From assembly GCA_903813345.2 (NCBI GenBank), contig CAIIXF020000001.1:44144001-44208000 (forward strand): DNA of 64,000 nt, given 5' to 3'. The translations under genes were made by a program, and so were the position numbers. Shown piece after piece: positions 37,601-51,600 of this stretch. How positions within the stretch are numbered: the first letter of the stretch is position 1; the number at the start of each line of letters is the position of its first letter. This DNA comes from Owenia fusiformis. Taxonomy: Eukaryota. The notes under the pieces were generated by a model that ran no database searches, had not been told where the DNA came from, and saw only the letters and a program-made list of their open reading frames with translations.

Positions 37601-39650
37601 CAAATCGTTGATTTATTTTGCGATACTGTTTTAAGCCCATCAGCGCTATAGATTTTTAAAACTTTTTATGCATTTTGTCATGTTATTACGTATTCATCTT
37701 GAATATATATTTATTCAAAATCCCTTAAAAGGGTTTGATAGGTACCAAATATTTGCTCGATCGTCGCGGCATTTTATAATTCATATAAATAGACTGGTAT
37801 TGGAGTTTTATTATTTAATCATGTACGTTATCTAACATGATAACTGATCTAATACGACAGTATGTTATTAATACATTTATCATTTACCGTGTTTTATTAA
37901 TTTTTTCAGAAAAGATGACGTTGTTAAAGATGTTCTCGGTCTAATGTTGATGATGGATACATTTTATATCATTGCCATATTTGAATATTATACTAATTGA
38001 ATATTATATTGATATATTTATGATCAGATAGACATCGATATATCAGTCATAGAATCAGGGGGTGGAGGAAACGCTTAGAGTAAAAATAAACCAACGTTGA
38101 TTACAATTAGACATCTAACCAGATTATAGGGAAGAATTTTAGATATTAGTGTACCATCGCTTATTTAAAGATATGTGTGACCTCTGAAAGAAAGTTTTAA
38201 ACAAATTTACGATTTTTATTATCAAAAAGTCCTTCCGATATATTGATTTCAGTGAATACCCGATACTCACTGCGAAATATGTCATACTCTCCTGTGGAAT
38301 ATGGTATACTCAACTGTGGAATATGTCATACACCGCAGGTGAAAACGTGATACAGAAAGTCTCGATTTGATGTGTACACACATACACAATACAACATCTA
38401 ACAATACAGGTACCGTACTGGTTTATGATATTCAATTGTATTAGTTGATATATTCAATGCACTTTAATACACGCACTTGAATTACTTTAAAGCACATTCG
38501 TTGAATCGATGTAATTGACAATTGCGTACTTCCGTATCGCGTTCTCATTGGTTAGTGTGTATGCCATAAACCGGAGGTGAATCTGTCATGCACCGCAAGT
38601 GAATATGCCATATTTGTCACGGAATATGACATATATTTGAATCGTGTTTACCGCGTAACACATTTTTGCGAAAACGGTAAGGCATGATTTCGGCAGAAAT
38701 GTGTATTTTACTCATAGTTTAACCTCGAGAATAATATGCCAATCAGAAAATCATTATGTTTATTCACGGGATCAAATCATTTACTTGCCATACGTACCAG
38801 ACATATCAAGTAGATAACTACATGTAAATATTAACTAATTAGACGGGTATTCTAAGAATTGTACACTTTTCTTTCATAGTACCCCCCTCCCTTCAAAATC
38901 TACAAATCTGTAACAGTATTCTCAGGATCAATGTAAAATCGTAAGCCACAAAAATATCACAGTGAGTACTATCATTCATAATTATTTCATAATTTATTAG
39001 ACTAAAACTCTTTTGACTTCCGGTTTTGACTCCGATTTTTATTTGGTCGTAATCATTGATTTGGTGTGTATTTCACCTTATTTTTTAACTTCAGTTGATT
39101 CCCCAAGTGCTTATTTTGATACTTAACCATGGCCAGAATCTCTTTCAAATCGTGAGATTGAGGCACAAAATTTCTCACTTTTTTGGCCAGGTCGCCGCTT
39201 GTAATATCTGTATGGATCGCCAAGAAATGTTAAAACTGTTTTTTTTTCAGTCAAGGTACAAACATATGAAAGTTGAATAAACATATTTCTCATGGTATGA
39301 GAAAAATGACGTAGAATATTTTTTTCTAGATTACCCGACTTCATTCTATCAGATATTTAATAGATGGTGCTAGTAAAGTTAAACAACTTACTGACATAAT
39401 TTTCAAAACAAAAGTTACACCACGCTCATCCAGTAAATAATGTTTGAATTAGATATTGCGTCGGGCTGTTTTGATTTTCAAAAATATGATTGTGCAAAAG
39501 TCTTGATATATCTTGGTAAGATGTCATGATCCCACACTTGCCCAAAATTATACATGCCACCGCGTATTGAACCATGCAAATAAAAACAAGATCAACATAA
39601 CATGGAAGTTGCATTATCATTTTATTGATAGAAGTGAAAGTATAGCGTTA

Positions 39651-42600
39651 TTATAAATCCTCGCACGATGATCGGAGAATAGGAGCAATTACTCCTTCGA
39701 GGTCTTCGAAACTGTCGAGTTTAATAAGATGTTCCGCGCCTGGTGATGGTATCGCTGCAAATTCCTTTTCCATGATTTCGTCCAACTTGGCCTTCTCTGC
39801 CGCTGAAACGCTGCCCGTAGATTTATTATTTGGAGTTTTTATCAAAAATACAGTTGGTGGGGAAACTCCCTTTTCGTAACTCTTTGGGTCTTTCAATTTC
39901 TTGGCTTCCTCTATAGTCTCAGGTGACTTGTCAAATGGGTTAGTGACGCCATCTGTCACCAGTATGGAAGCAGCCTTAAACAAAGTATACAGTGTTATAG
40001 ATCTGCAAACTGCAAACGAGAGCTCCCCAATTCATGAAATAATTATTTCGCATTTTGTCCAAAAAATACTATTCGAAAAGGGAGGGAAGTCGCTCAAGAT
40101 GGTATAGCCTACTTACGAAGAGGGTTTATTGGATCGCCATTTTGTTTTAAAAGAATTAATTTTTGAAGAATAAAGAAAAATTCTCATTATATTTATTATT
40201 AATTCATCGTTGTCGCTTGAATCACAAAAATGCATGGTTTCAAACTTTGTTCAAAGTAATCTGGAACAATGAAGGACCCTATGAAGAGAAATCAAGTGTT
40301 AAACTAAATCTATATGTCAATATCATTTTATTTGAAATTTCCCTAAGATATGGAGATGCGGTTGTATATCAAGATTCTCTAGCCTCCTCGGTTGTTATAT
40401 GTAAAATATATTTATCGGGTGCATTTATTTGGGTGCATTCGTGGAACAATATTGCCTCAAAAAACTCCCAAAAAATTTTCACATATGTGTGATGAAGTGC
40501 AAGTCAAACATTCTTTTGAGCCTCGTTTGCTCAACCATTAATTTGGTACGAGTAGTCGAGTACATGTTGCCATCATGATAATATGGTACGTGTACATGTT
40601 GCCATCGTGATAATTTGGTACGTGTACATGTTGCTATCGTGATAATTTGGTACGTGTACATGTTGCTATCGTGATAATTTGGTACGTGTTCATGTTGCTA
40701 TCGTGATAATTTGGTACGTGTTGCCATCGTGATAATTTGGTACGTGTACATGTTGCTATCGTGATGCTATCGAATAGGTAGACAGATAGAAAAATTGAAT
40801 TCCTACCTTTTTGTCTGGTCTACGTCCAAATTCAGTAGTTAACTGTTCTCTGGCCTCTCGTAAAGCAAGATAGGTAGCTGTTCCCTTCTTTGGGTTCATT
40901 TCCATTTTCCTTATTGCTTGTAGAATCTACATACGAATGGCAAAAATGAATACGAATAAAATGAAAAGAGAATAGTTAAAAATAAAGATTTTGCAAATCA
41001 GGTTCTGCTCTAAGATGTTTCTTTTTGCTGTGTTTCATGTATATCGTATTTCTCTTTGGTCTTTAACCTATTGCCGTTAGTTGCAAAAATTAATCAAACT
41101 GGGTCTTGAGACAATCGTCTTTAAAATAGTTGTATTTTATGTGTTTAATGCCTTTATATAGCTCATTTATCAAACGTGAGCAAATATAGTACTCAAAGGA
41201 GAAAATTATCCCAACCAAGCAAGATTACACGAGTATAGCTAATCAAACAGTATATCTACCTCTGAAATCATGAGACAACTTTGAATACACTATTGCCATA
41301 TTTTTTAGATTGAAACAAGTATTTTTCTTATTGGTATTTCACATCATTTATCAGAGTGTTGATCAATAAGTGAAGCACGTTTGTCACAGACACTTTTAAT
41401 TGACCAATCGCCTTGATGCTTTCGCAAGTCATACTTCATTTATTCAACTATCAATCAAAGATGACGATGATATCGTCCCAAAAATGAGATACCTTTTCTC
41501 CGCAATAAATCAATCAAATTCATTTTCGAAGTTCTGTCCAAAATTTCGAAAGCGATAAGGCTTATATTTAGAGCACCTGCTAATGACATCCTATAGCTCC
41601 TCAATAAAAATTTCCAAAGAATTTGGCTTATCTATTGCTTAGAAAATATTTGTCAAAAGTGTCTCACCTTTTTGGGACACACGATATACAATAAAAGCTT
41701 TTGATATACGAGGGAAGATCCAAAAGTTTCCGGCCTAACATACTAGTAGTTCCCGATGTCTGAGAGCAACCATTCTTCACAGTTCAAATGTTGCTTATGT
41801 ATGAACATAATTTATGCATATGATTAACCTCTAGGGGTCACAGCCTCATTTTGAGAATATTCATAATGAGGTCAGGTCACAGTGGCTGCACATCAGTGAT
41901 CACAATGGAGAAAACTGAATATAGAGCTGTGATAAAGTTTCTATATCAGGAAGAAAATGGAGGGCAGGAAATCTACGATAGACTTAAGGATGTGTATGGG
42001 GAATGTGCTCCCTCCTATTCTACTGTAAAATTTTGGATGGCTGAATTTAAACGTGGACGGGAATCAATTGATGATGCACCACGTTCTGGAAGACCGAAAG
42101 ATGTCACTTCAGCTAGAAATGTTGATCTTGTACTTCGAACAATATTGGAAGATAGGCGGAAATATATACGTGAACTTGTAGAAGAAACTGGATTATCATA
42201 TGGTACCGTTTGTAGAATAATTCATGAAGATTTACACATGCAAAATTTAAGCTCAAGATGGGTGCCCCGTATGCTCACAGAGGACATGGAAACAAAACGA
42301 GTTGCTGTTGCAAGAGAGCTTTTGGACTTGTATAACACTGATCCACAAGGTTTTATGGAGAGAATAGTCACTTGTGATGGAACATGGGTGCGTCATTTTG
42401 AGCCTTCAACCAAACATGAGTCGATGCAATGGAAACATATGGGGTCCCCACCTCCAAAGAAGTTTCGCACCACCCCATCCAACAAAAAGATGATGGCCAC
42501 CATTTTCTGGGACTGTGAAGGTCCTATCTTAGTAGACTACTTTCCAAGAGGTACTACAATGAATGGAGAATATTATGCTGCTTTGTTGCGTACTTTAAAA

Positions 42601-45600
42601 GCTAAACTTGATGAAACCAGGCCACACAAAGTCCGTCTTGGAGTTTTGCATCAACAGGACAATGCACCTGTCCACACAAGCCAAGTTACTCGTGATGCAG
42701 CGGAAGAATGCCATCTGGAATTATTACCGCACGCACCATATTCTCCAGATCAAGCACCCAGTGACTATTACCTATTTGGGAAACTCAAAAAATCTCTATG
42801 AGGGCAACGCTTTGATGATGATGATGATGAGGTCAAGATAGCTGTTAACCAGTGGTTGGAGGGTCATGCTCCTGATTTCTTCAGAACTGGACTTGAGATG
42901 CTGCCAAGAAGATGGGCCAAGTGCATCGAAGTACAGGGAGACTACATTGAAAAATGACACTTATGACGTGCACGGTCCTGGGGACAATTCGGGAAATACG
43001 GGCTAATCTCAGCTTTAAGCGTTAATATCTGCCTTATTTAAAAAGATAACTATATGCATTATATATCATTTTTAAGTATTTTTTATTCGCATTTCACTGA
43101 AATTATTTTTCCTTGAAAAGTGTGATGGGATCTACCATATTTTTTAAGTTAAATGTACTCCGACATCGTCAAATACGCTGTAAGGCGTAACATTTCACGC
43201 TTACACGGTTCGTTGAAATCAGGATAACTTTTGAAATACTGATCAGAATTTTACTAAAATTTCACATTTTATTCATTGAAACATGTGCTTTTATGACGTC
43301 ACAATTGCTTAGCGGCTACAGTTCAAATCGTCTTATATGAACGCTTTTAAGATTTTCAAAATTGTGTAAGGTTTTGAAGGCGAGGGAGACAAGCAATAAG
43401 TTTACCTTTATTTAACCCACTAATTTAGGTCTGATTTCAAAAAAAATGTAACTGCACAATATTGTCATGGCGAAATTTACAAAACAATAACCGATTTCTT
43501 TATTTTTCAAATAATAAGAGAATAAGAGTTGCTTTTAGAGACTTGAAAAAATGTAACGCATCGATTTTTTACCATAAATCCCATACATATCAATTTTTAC
43601 TAACGCCCCGAGTGGATTTCCTGACCGTTTTTCAAAAATCAAAAACATTTTAGAAATATTGTCCTCGAGATCTTCTTGCTCTGTGAATTTCACCAGGATT
43701 GAATAAGAATAAAGCATCTTATTTTTAGGTTGACTAAACTTGACAAAATGTAACGCTTGTCGTTTTTGACGTTATATTGTATTGTTTTGGTATTTTGACG
43801 CCATAATGTTACTCTAATTGTCCCCAGTTTCGTGCGACGTGTCACTATCATTTTGAAAATCAATCAACTAGAACTATGTTAGGCCGGAAACTTTTGGATC
43901 TTCCCTCGTACATACATCCACTCCCCCTCCATCCAATATTAATTTCTTTCGATTATTTTTTGTATAACGCATGATAGAAACTAATTTTAAAAAGTGAGCA
44001 ATGTCATTAGTGTTGTGATAATAACGTCCCTTATACCTATCAGAAATCGCCTACTACTCCCTTCATCCATTTTGTACGGTCACCGGGCGTGCAACTGCAA
44101 CTTTTACTTTTAAATGACCTCAACACCACTGGGGAGGAAGGTTTCTCAAAGAAACCAGAAAAGTACATTTCATAAGAAAAATTTTCAGAGAAGCTATATA
44201 TCGAGCGTTTTTGACCCGCATTGTACTTTCATGAAGGACGAATGGTTTAAATGGTTCATCCTTATTAAGGTGCATATACAGTATATCTAATCCTAAACAG
44301 TTTGTAGGGAATTATTTGTTATGAGGCTATATTTTATGTCAAATATGCCATATTAGCTAAATATCAATTATTCTCTGTCCCTGGGTACCCGCTACATTAC
44401 AGCCTTCATTAAAATTAGGAATTGCGCTAGTAAATCTTGCAAGTCGCTTTGACTTCAAAACAGATTTTACATCTTGGGTTACCCATGGACCTCAATCCTA
44501 TAGATATAATAATCATATTATTGATTACCAAGGTATGAAGTTCTCATACGTATTGAAAAACTGGTAAGCGAGTTTCGAAATACCCATTGATCATCCCTCG
44601 TGATATAAGCGTATTTAAGTTAGTCGAATATCAGACTTACCGATGTACCCGTATTGTACGTGTTGAATTTAAGAAATGGGTGGACTTCAGATCCATAAGT
44701 TGATCCTGACACCAATGTAAATGCATCTCCAAGTCGAAGACTTTTCACAAGCTTCAAAATAAAGCTTCTTACTTTCACTTTATCTATAGCGCTGATGGAA
44801 ATTGACATATCTATTATCAAGTTTAGATCAAGTCCACAAGCTTGTACATCCTGGTCGCCTAAAAATGAATTCGAATATGATTTGAATGTGTATTACATGC
44901 TCAACAATCATTTCGATGTAAAGCTATAGCCATTGCACAGTATCAATAAGAATGTTTAAACCGATGAAAACAAAATGTTTAAGAAGTCGATTTTTGTCGG
45001 CCATTTTGAAAGAGAAAGAAAGTGTCGTCTGGAGAACAATGAAGGAACAATTTTTCATGGGTGTTCTAAAAGTGCAAAAGCCCTAAGCTTGGTTGATAAT
45101 TCTAGATTACCTGTAACTTTGGGTAACCATACGACTCAAAGATATTGGATGTTAATATCAGTTTAAAAATACTGTAGTATAGCCGGTGCATTGTGGGTAA
45201 TACTTAGATTTTTTGGTAAGTTTAATGAGAACAGAAGTAGGCCTATATAAAAGATTTAACCAAGCAATAGGCCTACTCTTGATTTCTCTCACATATTCAA
45301 TGGACGCATCAATTCATGCGCTCAACATACCTAGACCTTTTTGCTCTAACGTTTTTTTACAGTCCGGGTCAGGTTTGGAACAGGGGTTTACAGTTGCTAC
45401 GTCATCCTTTTTTAAACTGTCAATGACAGCCATGGAATCCGGGCATATTTCCACTTCATATATATTATCTTTGCACTTCAAATAATTGCACTTTGAGTCT
45501 GCATACCTGAATGGTACACCGGGAGTGCATTCTGAAAAATGCATTTGTATCTTATAAGAAATAGACAAAAAAAGAGCAATACTCGATATAGTAATCATAA

Positions 45601-48600
45601 AAAATACAATCAATTATTTACTGATACAGTATGTTGAGGAATAGTGAGATGGATAAGAGTAAATAAGTAGATCAGCTGAACATGTTGTTTCCAATTATGT
45701 CACCCCCATCTCTGATTCTGTTACAATTTTTCAGTAGCCTTGAAGGGCAAAGGAGTGGTATCGATATGGTGAACTTTTTGAACACGCGTTTCTCTTAAAC
45801 CAGTCATCAAAGCATTCTGAAAATGTTGTCACATTGTCAATTTAATCGTCATCTTTTGGATGGTAACATTATAATTTGAAATATATATATATCCTTTTCT
45901 CTATATTGTTTTAGAAAACACATCGGACACTTCTTTTGTTCTTGGTATCATATGTTCGAAATGAAATGAAACATCTATCAGAACCTCAATGGAACAAAAC
46001 GACATAAACACAATGTGTTTAGGTCTCTCAGTTTTCAATTCAATTCAATTTCAAAATAATTTATTTCAGTTTTCATTACAAAATTTACAATACTATACGG
46101 GCTTTGACACCCCAGGGGGTTTTGTAATTGTACAAAATAAAGTTTGGTTGATTTTATATCTTGTTAATGAAATAAAAGGTTTATCTTATTTTTTATCTAT
46201 TTTGTGGGGTTTTGTTTTTGCATACTTTTTGTTCAATCAACCAAAATTTCCTTTGTATAACTGTAATAATGAGAGGTCTAAGAAAATGTTGTTTATGCTA
46301 TTTTGTTCCAACGAGGTTCGGAAAGACATTTTATTTCATTCTCAAGAATTGGTAGAAAGGAACAAAAAACAATTGCACTAAAAACAAAAAATGTTAACAA
46401 AAACAGTTATATAAAATGTATATAAAACATTTTTGCATTAAATTGTTGCCAATCACGTCAACATTACAAAAAGGACCGTGTTTTTTACAGAATGTTTCCA
46501 ATAATTGGTTTAAGAGAAAAACATTGTTGAATTCAGTTCACCATATCGATACCTATCCTTTACGATAATTGATATTTTATATAGTAAAATATAGTCAAAT
46601 TCTGTTATTCTACCCAAGCCTGTGCCATGTGTGTTAATATCAACAACTTAATGTGTCAAGGACGGATCCAGGAACCAACAAGGGGGGGGGGCATATTTGA
46701 ATTCCGGGATCCTAAAACCAAAAAGTAGGCCCAAAGTTTGAAAATTCAAGGCTAATTTTCATGATAATTTGGCCTTATATTAAATACAAGGGCTTCAAAG
46801 CCCCAATTTTGCCAAAAAGGGCCATAAAAACGGGCCTTTAAAAAGTTTTTTTGTGCCCAATTTTTTCTGCTAATTTATTTTTAAAAACAGCTTTAACGAT
46901 GATTTTTTAGACAAAAATCAAAGTTTGCATATACAAACTCAGAAAACATAACAAATAATGTATCTTGTGTCCATATGATTTGTATCCTTCAACACACTGG
47001 TTAAATTAACGTTGCTGATATGCTGTTGATGGATAATTTGTCGAAAACTTCGCCAGAAGGTTGCCTTTAGGGGTTACCTTTTAAATGACAGACAGCGAAA
47101 AAATCAGACGAAATATTGTTAATTTTAAAGTTAATCAATAATACACACCTTATTGGGTTGTTTCGGTTTCTACCATAACCCAATGAGGTGTGTATTAATG
47201 ATAAAGTTTCCTGTTATCTCAAAATCTGCTTGGAACGATGCCATTGCTATGGGAAATCCCTCAAAGTGAAAATTCTAGGAATTAAGGAATAGGTAACATT
47301 TACACAATTTGAGAAATTATTGGTACACATGAAACCTATTTAAAACAGCATTTATATTATTCAAAAGCATTCGTAATCAATGATTCACCGCCCTCTGAAG
47401 TTTGAAAACTAAAAATACCTGGGTATTAATCCATAAATAATCCTTGAACTGAGAAATATTTTTCAGGATTACATGGTGCAATCTTATAGTCAATAAAATG
47501 TTTTAAAGCGTGTTGGTGTTTTTAGATGTAAAACACAAGCGAAATGCATAAAAAAACTCCCCCGATTCATTTTACAAACAACTCACGGCCCTTTGCCCTG
47601 AATGATAAATATGTTTTAAATTTGAAAGTCAATAGGTATATGTTAAATTAGTTATGCAATGCTGGTAGTTATATGGGGGTAACTCTCAAGATATATAATA
47701 TCTTGTCTAATTCAATATCCAAAACCCATAAAACCCTAATATTACATGTTTGTGAATAATTTTAGGTATATTCATCAGTTTACTCACCGACACCAATGTC
47801 GCTCACATCATGCTGTACTCCGTTGCCAGCACCAACTCCACGATTTATTGCTGAAAACAGATTATTGGATATAATAGGGCTTCCGTAACATTATTCTGAT
47901 GTGTACCTTCTTTGCTCCTCGGTGTATAGTCGAGGCTCTGCTTAAAGTTTAATGTATTATTCCGAAATACAAAAATGCAACAATTATCATTACATGAAAC
48001 TGGAAGATTCCTCTTCAATCAATGGAATGCAGGTAGTTTATTCACATTATACTGAGTGTTCCAAAAATTACACCCAAATTAGACGGGAATAACCCTTTTT
48101 CCTTCATTGAAAAAACTTTTCACATGATAGGGAGAGTTCAGTTTTCAATTGGCAGTTAAAACATAGGCATAAGGAAAAGTATTGGTAAGCTGAATCTAAA
48201 ATTAATAGGTTGACAACAAAATTTTTCAAAAACTTGCCGTCTTGATTCGAGTTCGACTGACTGGTATCAAGTTGCATTCCCAAATTTCTTCAAAATTTTA
48301 TGACAACAAGTGATTTGATTGGTCACTCCTGACCTCTCTGACCTCCATCAGTGACAGTGACTGTGTTACAAGTTTTCAACTTGCCATACAAATGCAGATG
48401 TCTATGGTTGTTGTTCTACAGGGCGTGTCAAAAAAGGAAACCAAGATTAAATTGCTAATTTCTCAAAGATGAATAATGTTAGGGAAGATTCGCAGGTACC
48501 ATAATTTGTGCCATTATGTTTTCTTTTATATGATACCAAGATGTTCCATTTCCTCCACAGATGACTGAGCAATGAGAGATTTAAGTTTCCATGTCAGAAA

Positions 48601-51600
48601 TGGGTTTGTGCCACTTTCAGCCAAGTCAATTTCACCACCATAGTTATGTTCATAGTAATTAGTAACAAAAAACATCAGGATATAACTCTTTTACACATTT
48701 TTTCCAATTAAAGTTACACATTATCATTACACCCCTTTTAATTTCCAATGTCCATTCAACGTTGTTTTAACCCCAGTGTTTAACACGACCCCCATTCCTT
48801 TAATGGAGATGTCTGCCCTAGACCTCATCGCACATATTGCATCCCTGATTATGTCTCTCTGTCCCCTTAGAATCTCTACTGCTGCAACAATCATGTCCCT
48901 TAGATCATCAATGCCTCTTGATGATGTTATGTAGACTTTATCCTTGACGAGGTAACCCCAAATAACCATCCTGGCATAATAGTCCGGAAGAAATATGGGG
49001 TATTTTGAGGATCAATCGTTTTCTTCGGATTACAATGTTTTTTAAACTTTTCAGCATGAATATAGGGTTGGGACCTCAAAACCACGGAATGCCGGAGCGG
49101 CACCCTTGGGCAACTCTCTACAGAGCATTTCTCATACCCCCCTAAGAAAATCTACTGGGGGTACTATAAGACGCCTTTATATCTCAGACACTAATAATGA
49201 TATTGACTTGAAATTTTCAGGAAGTATTCTTGGTATGATGTTTGATCTGTATGACAAAGATTAAGAAAAAATATATATCCGTTGCTATAGCAACAGTAAT
49301 AGAACACTATTTCTTTCCTTAAAAATGCATTATTTTGTGTGGTTTCATAATTGTCTTCATATTCTTGATTCTTAAACTATCTGAAGCACATAAATATGAT
49401 TAAAAGTGAAGATAAAATAATTCATCATATCATTTGTGTAATATGTCTAACATTTCAGTTGCTATGGCAACATCATTTGATAATCAGGTTCTTACATTTA
49501 ACTTTCTTTAATGAGTATAAAGGTGGTCCAAAATAACTTTTGGAACATAATGTACCTTAAAGATGAAACCATGTTTCTTCTGAAGTAAATAGTCAAATAA
49601 AATTCTACAACTTTATCTTACTCCCTTACCAAAGCCCCCAAAGTTTGACAATTTGGGGAAAACAGGCAAAAAACATTCAATTTTCTAGGTTCAAATTCGT
49701 AATGCATTGGGATTCAACATCAATTAGTATCCAAAAAACATCTACTGACTTTGCTTGATATTACAATATGAAGATTTTAATTATTTGACACTCGAAAGTA
49801 TTTATAATTTAGAACACTAGCCCATAAAATGTTAAAATATGGTTGTGGTCAATTTTATCATTTAGCAGCATTCATTAGACAAAAGATCAATGCATTTAAA
49901 ACATATCCATTGTAATTCATTCATTACCATAATCTAGCATATAGGAGACTGCACTTTTTTATATTTAAGTTTTATATCTAGTACATGAATCATAATGAAG
50001 TCTAATGTTATCATACCGTAGAGACGTTGGCATAGTCTAGACATTGGCATAATGTCTAATTATTACAACCATTAGTTTTTCTCATCTGAGCAATGAGACT
50101 ATGATGGTTATCATGAATGAGTATAGTTCTATATAATATGTAAGTTTTATATCTAGTATATGTATCATAATGACATTTAGTGTTATCATACAGTAGAGAG
50201 GTTGGCATAGTTTAGTTATTGGCATAATGCCTAAATATTACAACATTTGGTTTTTCTCATCTGAGCAATCAGACTTTGATGGTTATCATGAATGAGTACA
50301 ATTCTGTATGTATATTTTATATAGATATACAGTACGTGTATCATAATGAAATCTAATGTAATCTTACAATAGAGGTTGGCATAGTCTAGACATTGGCATA
50401 ATGTATAAATATTATAAGCATTAATTTTCCTCATCCGAGCAATCAGACTGTGGTTGTTATCTTGCACAAGTACAATTCTATATGTAAGTTTAATATTTAG
50501 TACATGTATCATAATGACATCTAATGAAGTGTAACCATATAATAGAGAGGTTGGCTTAATCTGGACATTGGTATCAAGTCAACGCATATAAGCATATCAT
50601 CTCATTAGTCAGGTGTTGGTGGTCATCATGCACAGTTGTATCCTGATGTGTTGGGTCAGTCATTTTGGCCGTCAATGTGCAAATCATGGCAAAAGTTTCT
50701 GTTATATAAAACACTTACAGGTAGTTCTCATCATCTGAACAAATAGTAGAGTCCTTGTAAAGTTATGAGGCGTCAGAGCCAGGTGTTTGAAAACTAGCTA
50801 AAAAGATTAATGTCAATCACTAAAGATGATGTCTTCAAATTTTCAAGACTCCTTACAGGCAGTTACAGCCAGGCTGTTCAGCTGGGTCATTCACAACAAG
50901 CAAAAAGCTCTTAGTTCTCATCATGTGACTATATACATAGAATCCTTATAAAACCATGAAGCATCAGAGCCAGGTGTCGGAAAGTAGCTAGCTAGTGTGA
51001 GTGAGTGTGCTCGTGTAAGGTGGCATCTTTGAATGAGTGAGTGTGCTCGTATAAGGTGGCATCTTTGGGTGAGTGAGTGTGCTTGTGTAAGGTGGTATCT
51101 CTAGATGAGTGAGTGTGCTCGTGTGAGGTGGCATCTTTCTTTGGGTGAGTGAGTGTGCTTGTGTAAGGTGGCATCTTTGGGTGAGTGAGTGTGCTCGTAT
51201 GAGGTGGCATCTTTGGATGAGTGAGTATGCTCGTGTAAGGTGGCATTTTTGGGTGAGTGAGTGTGCTTGTATGAGGTGGCATCTTTGGGTGAGTGAGTGT
51301 GCTTGTGTAAGGTGGCATCTTTTGGTGAATGAGTGTGCTCGTGTAAGGTGGCATCTTTGGATGAGTGAGTGTGCTTGTGTAAGGTGGCATCTTTGGGTGA
51401 GTGAGTGTGCTTGTGTAAGGTGGCATCTTTGAGTGAGTGAGTGTGCTCGTGTAAGGTGGCATCTTTGGATGAGTGAGTGTGCTTGTGTAAGGTGGCATCT
51501 TTGGGTGAGTGAGTGTGCTCATGTAAGGTGGCATCTTTGGGTGAGTGAGTGTGCTCGTGTAAGGTGGCATCTTTGGGTGAGTGAGTGTGCTCGTGTGAGG

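Larger units (their letters stand above)
41709..43908 (+). mobile_element. Mariner (DD34D) DNA transposon with nested insertion
   Basis: 34-bp perfect TIRs CGAGGGAAGATCCAAAAGTTTCCGGCCTAACATA, TA TSD; about 1.3 kb after removing the insert. Confidence 0.95.

Noticed and set aside
41851..42801. SETMAR-like domesticated gene or exon of paralogue B
   Set aside because: Opposite strand to the host gene, both TIRs and TA TSD present, premature stop, no SET domain.
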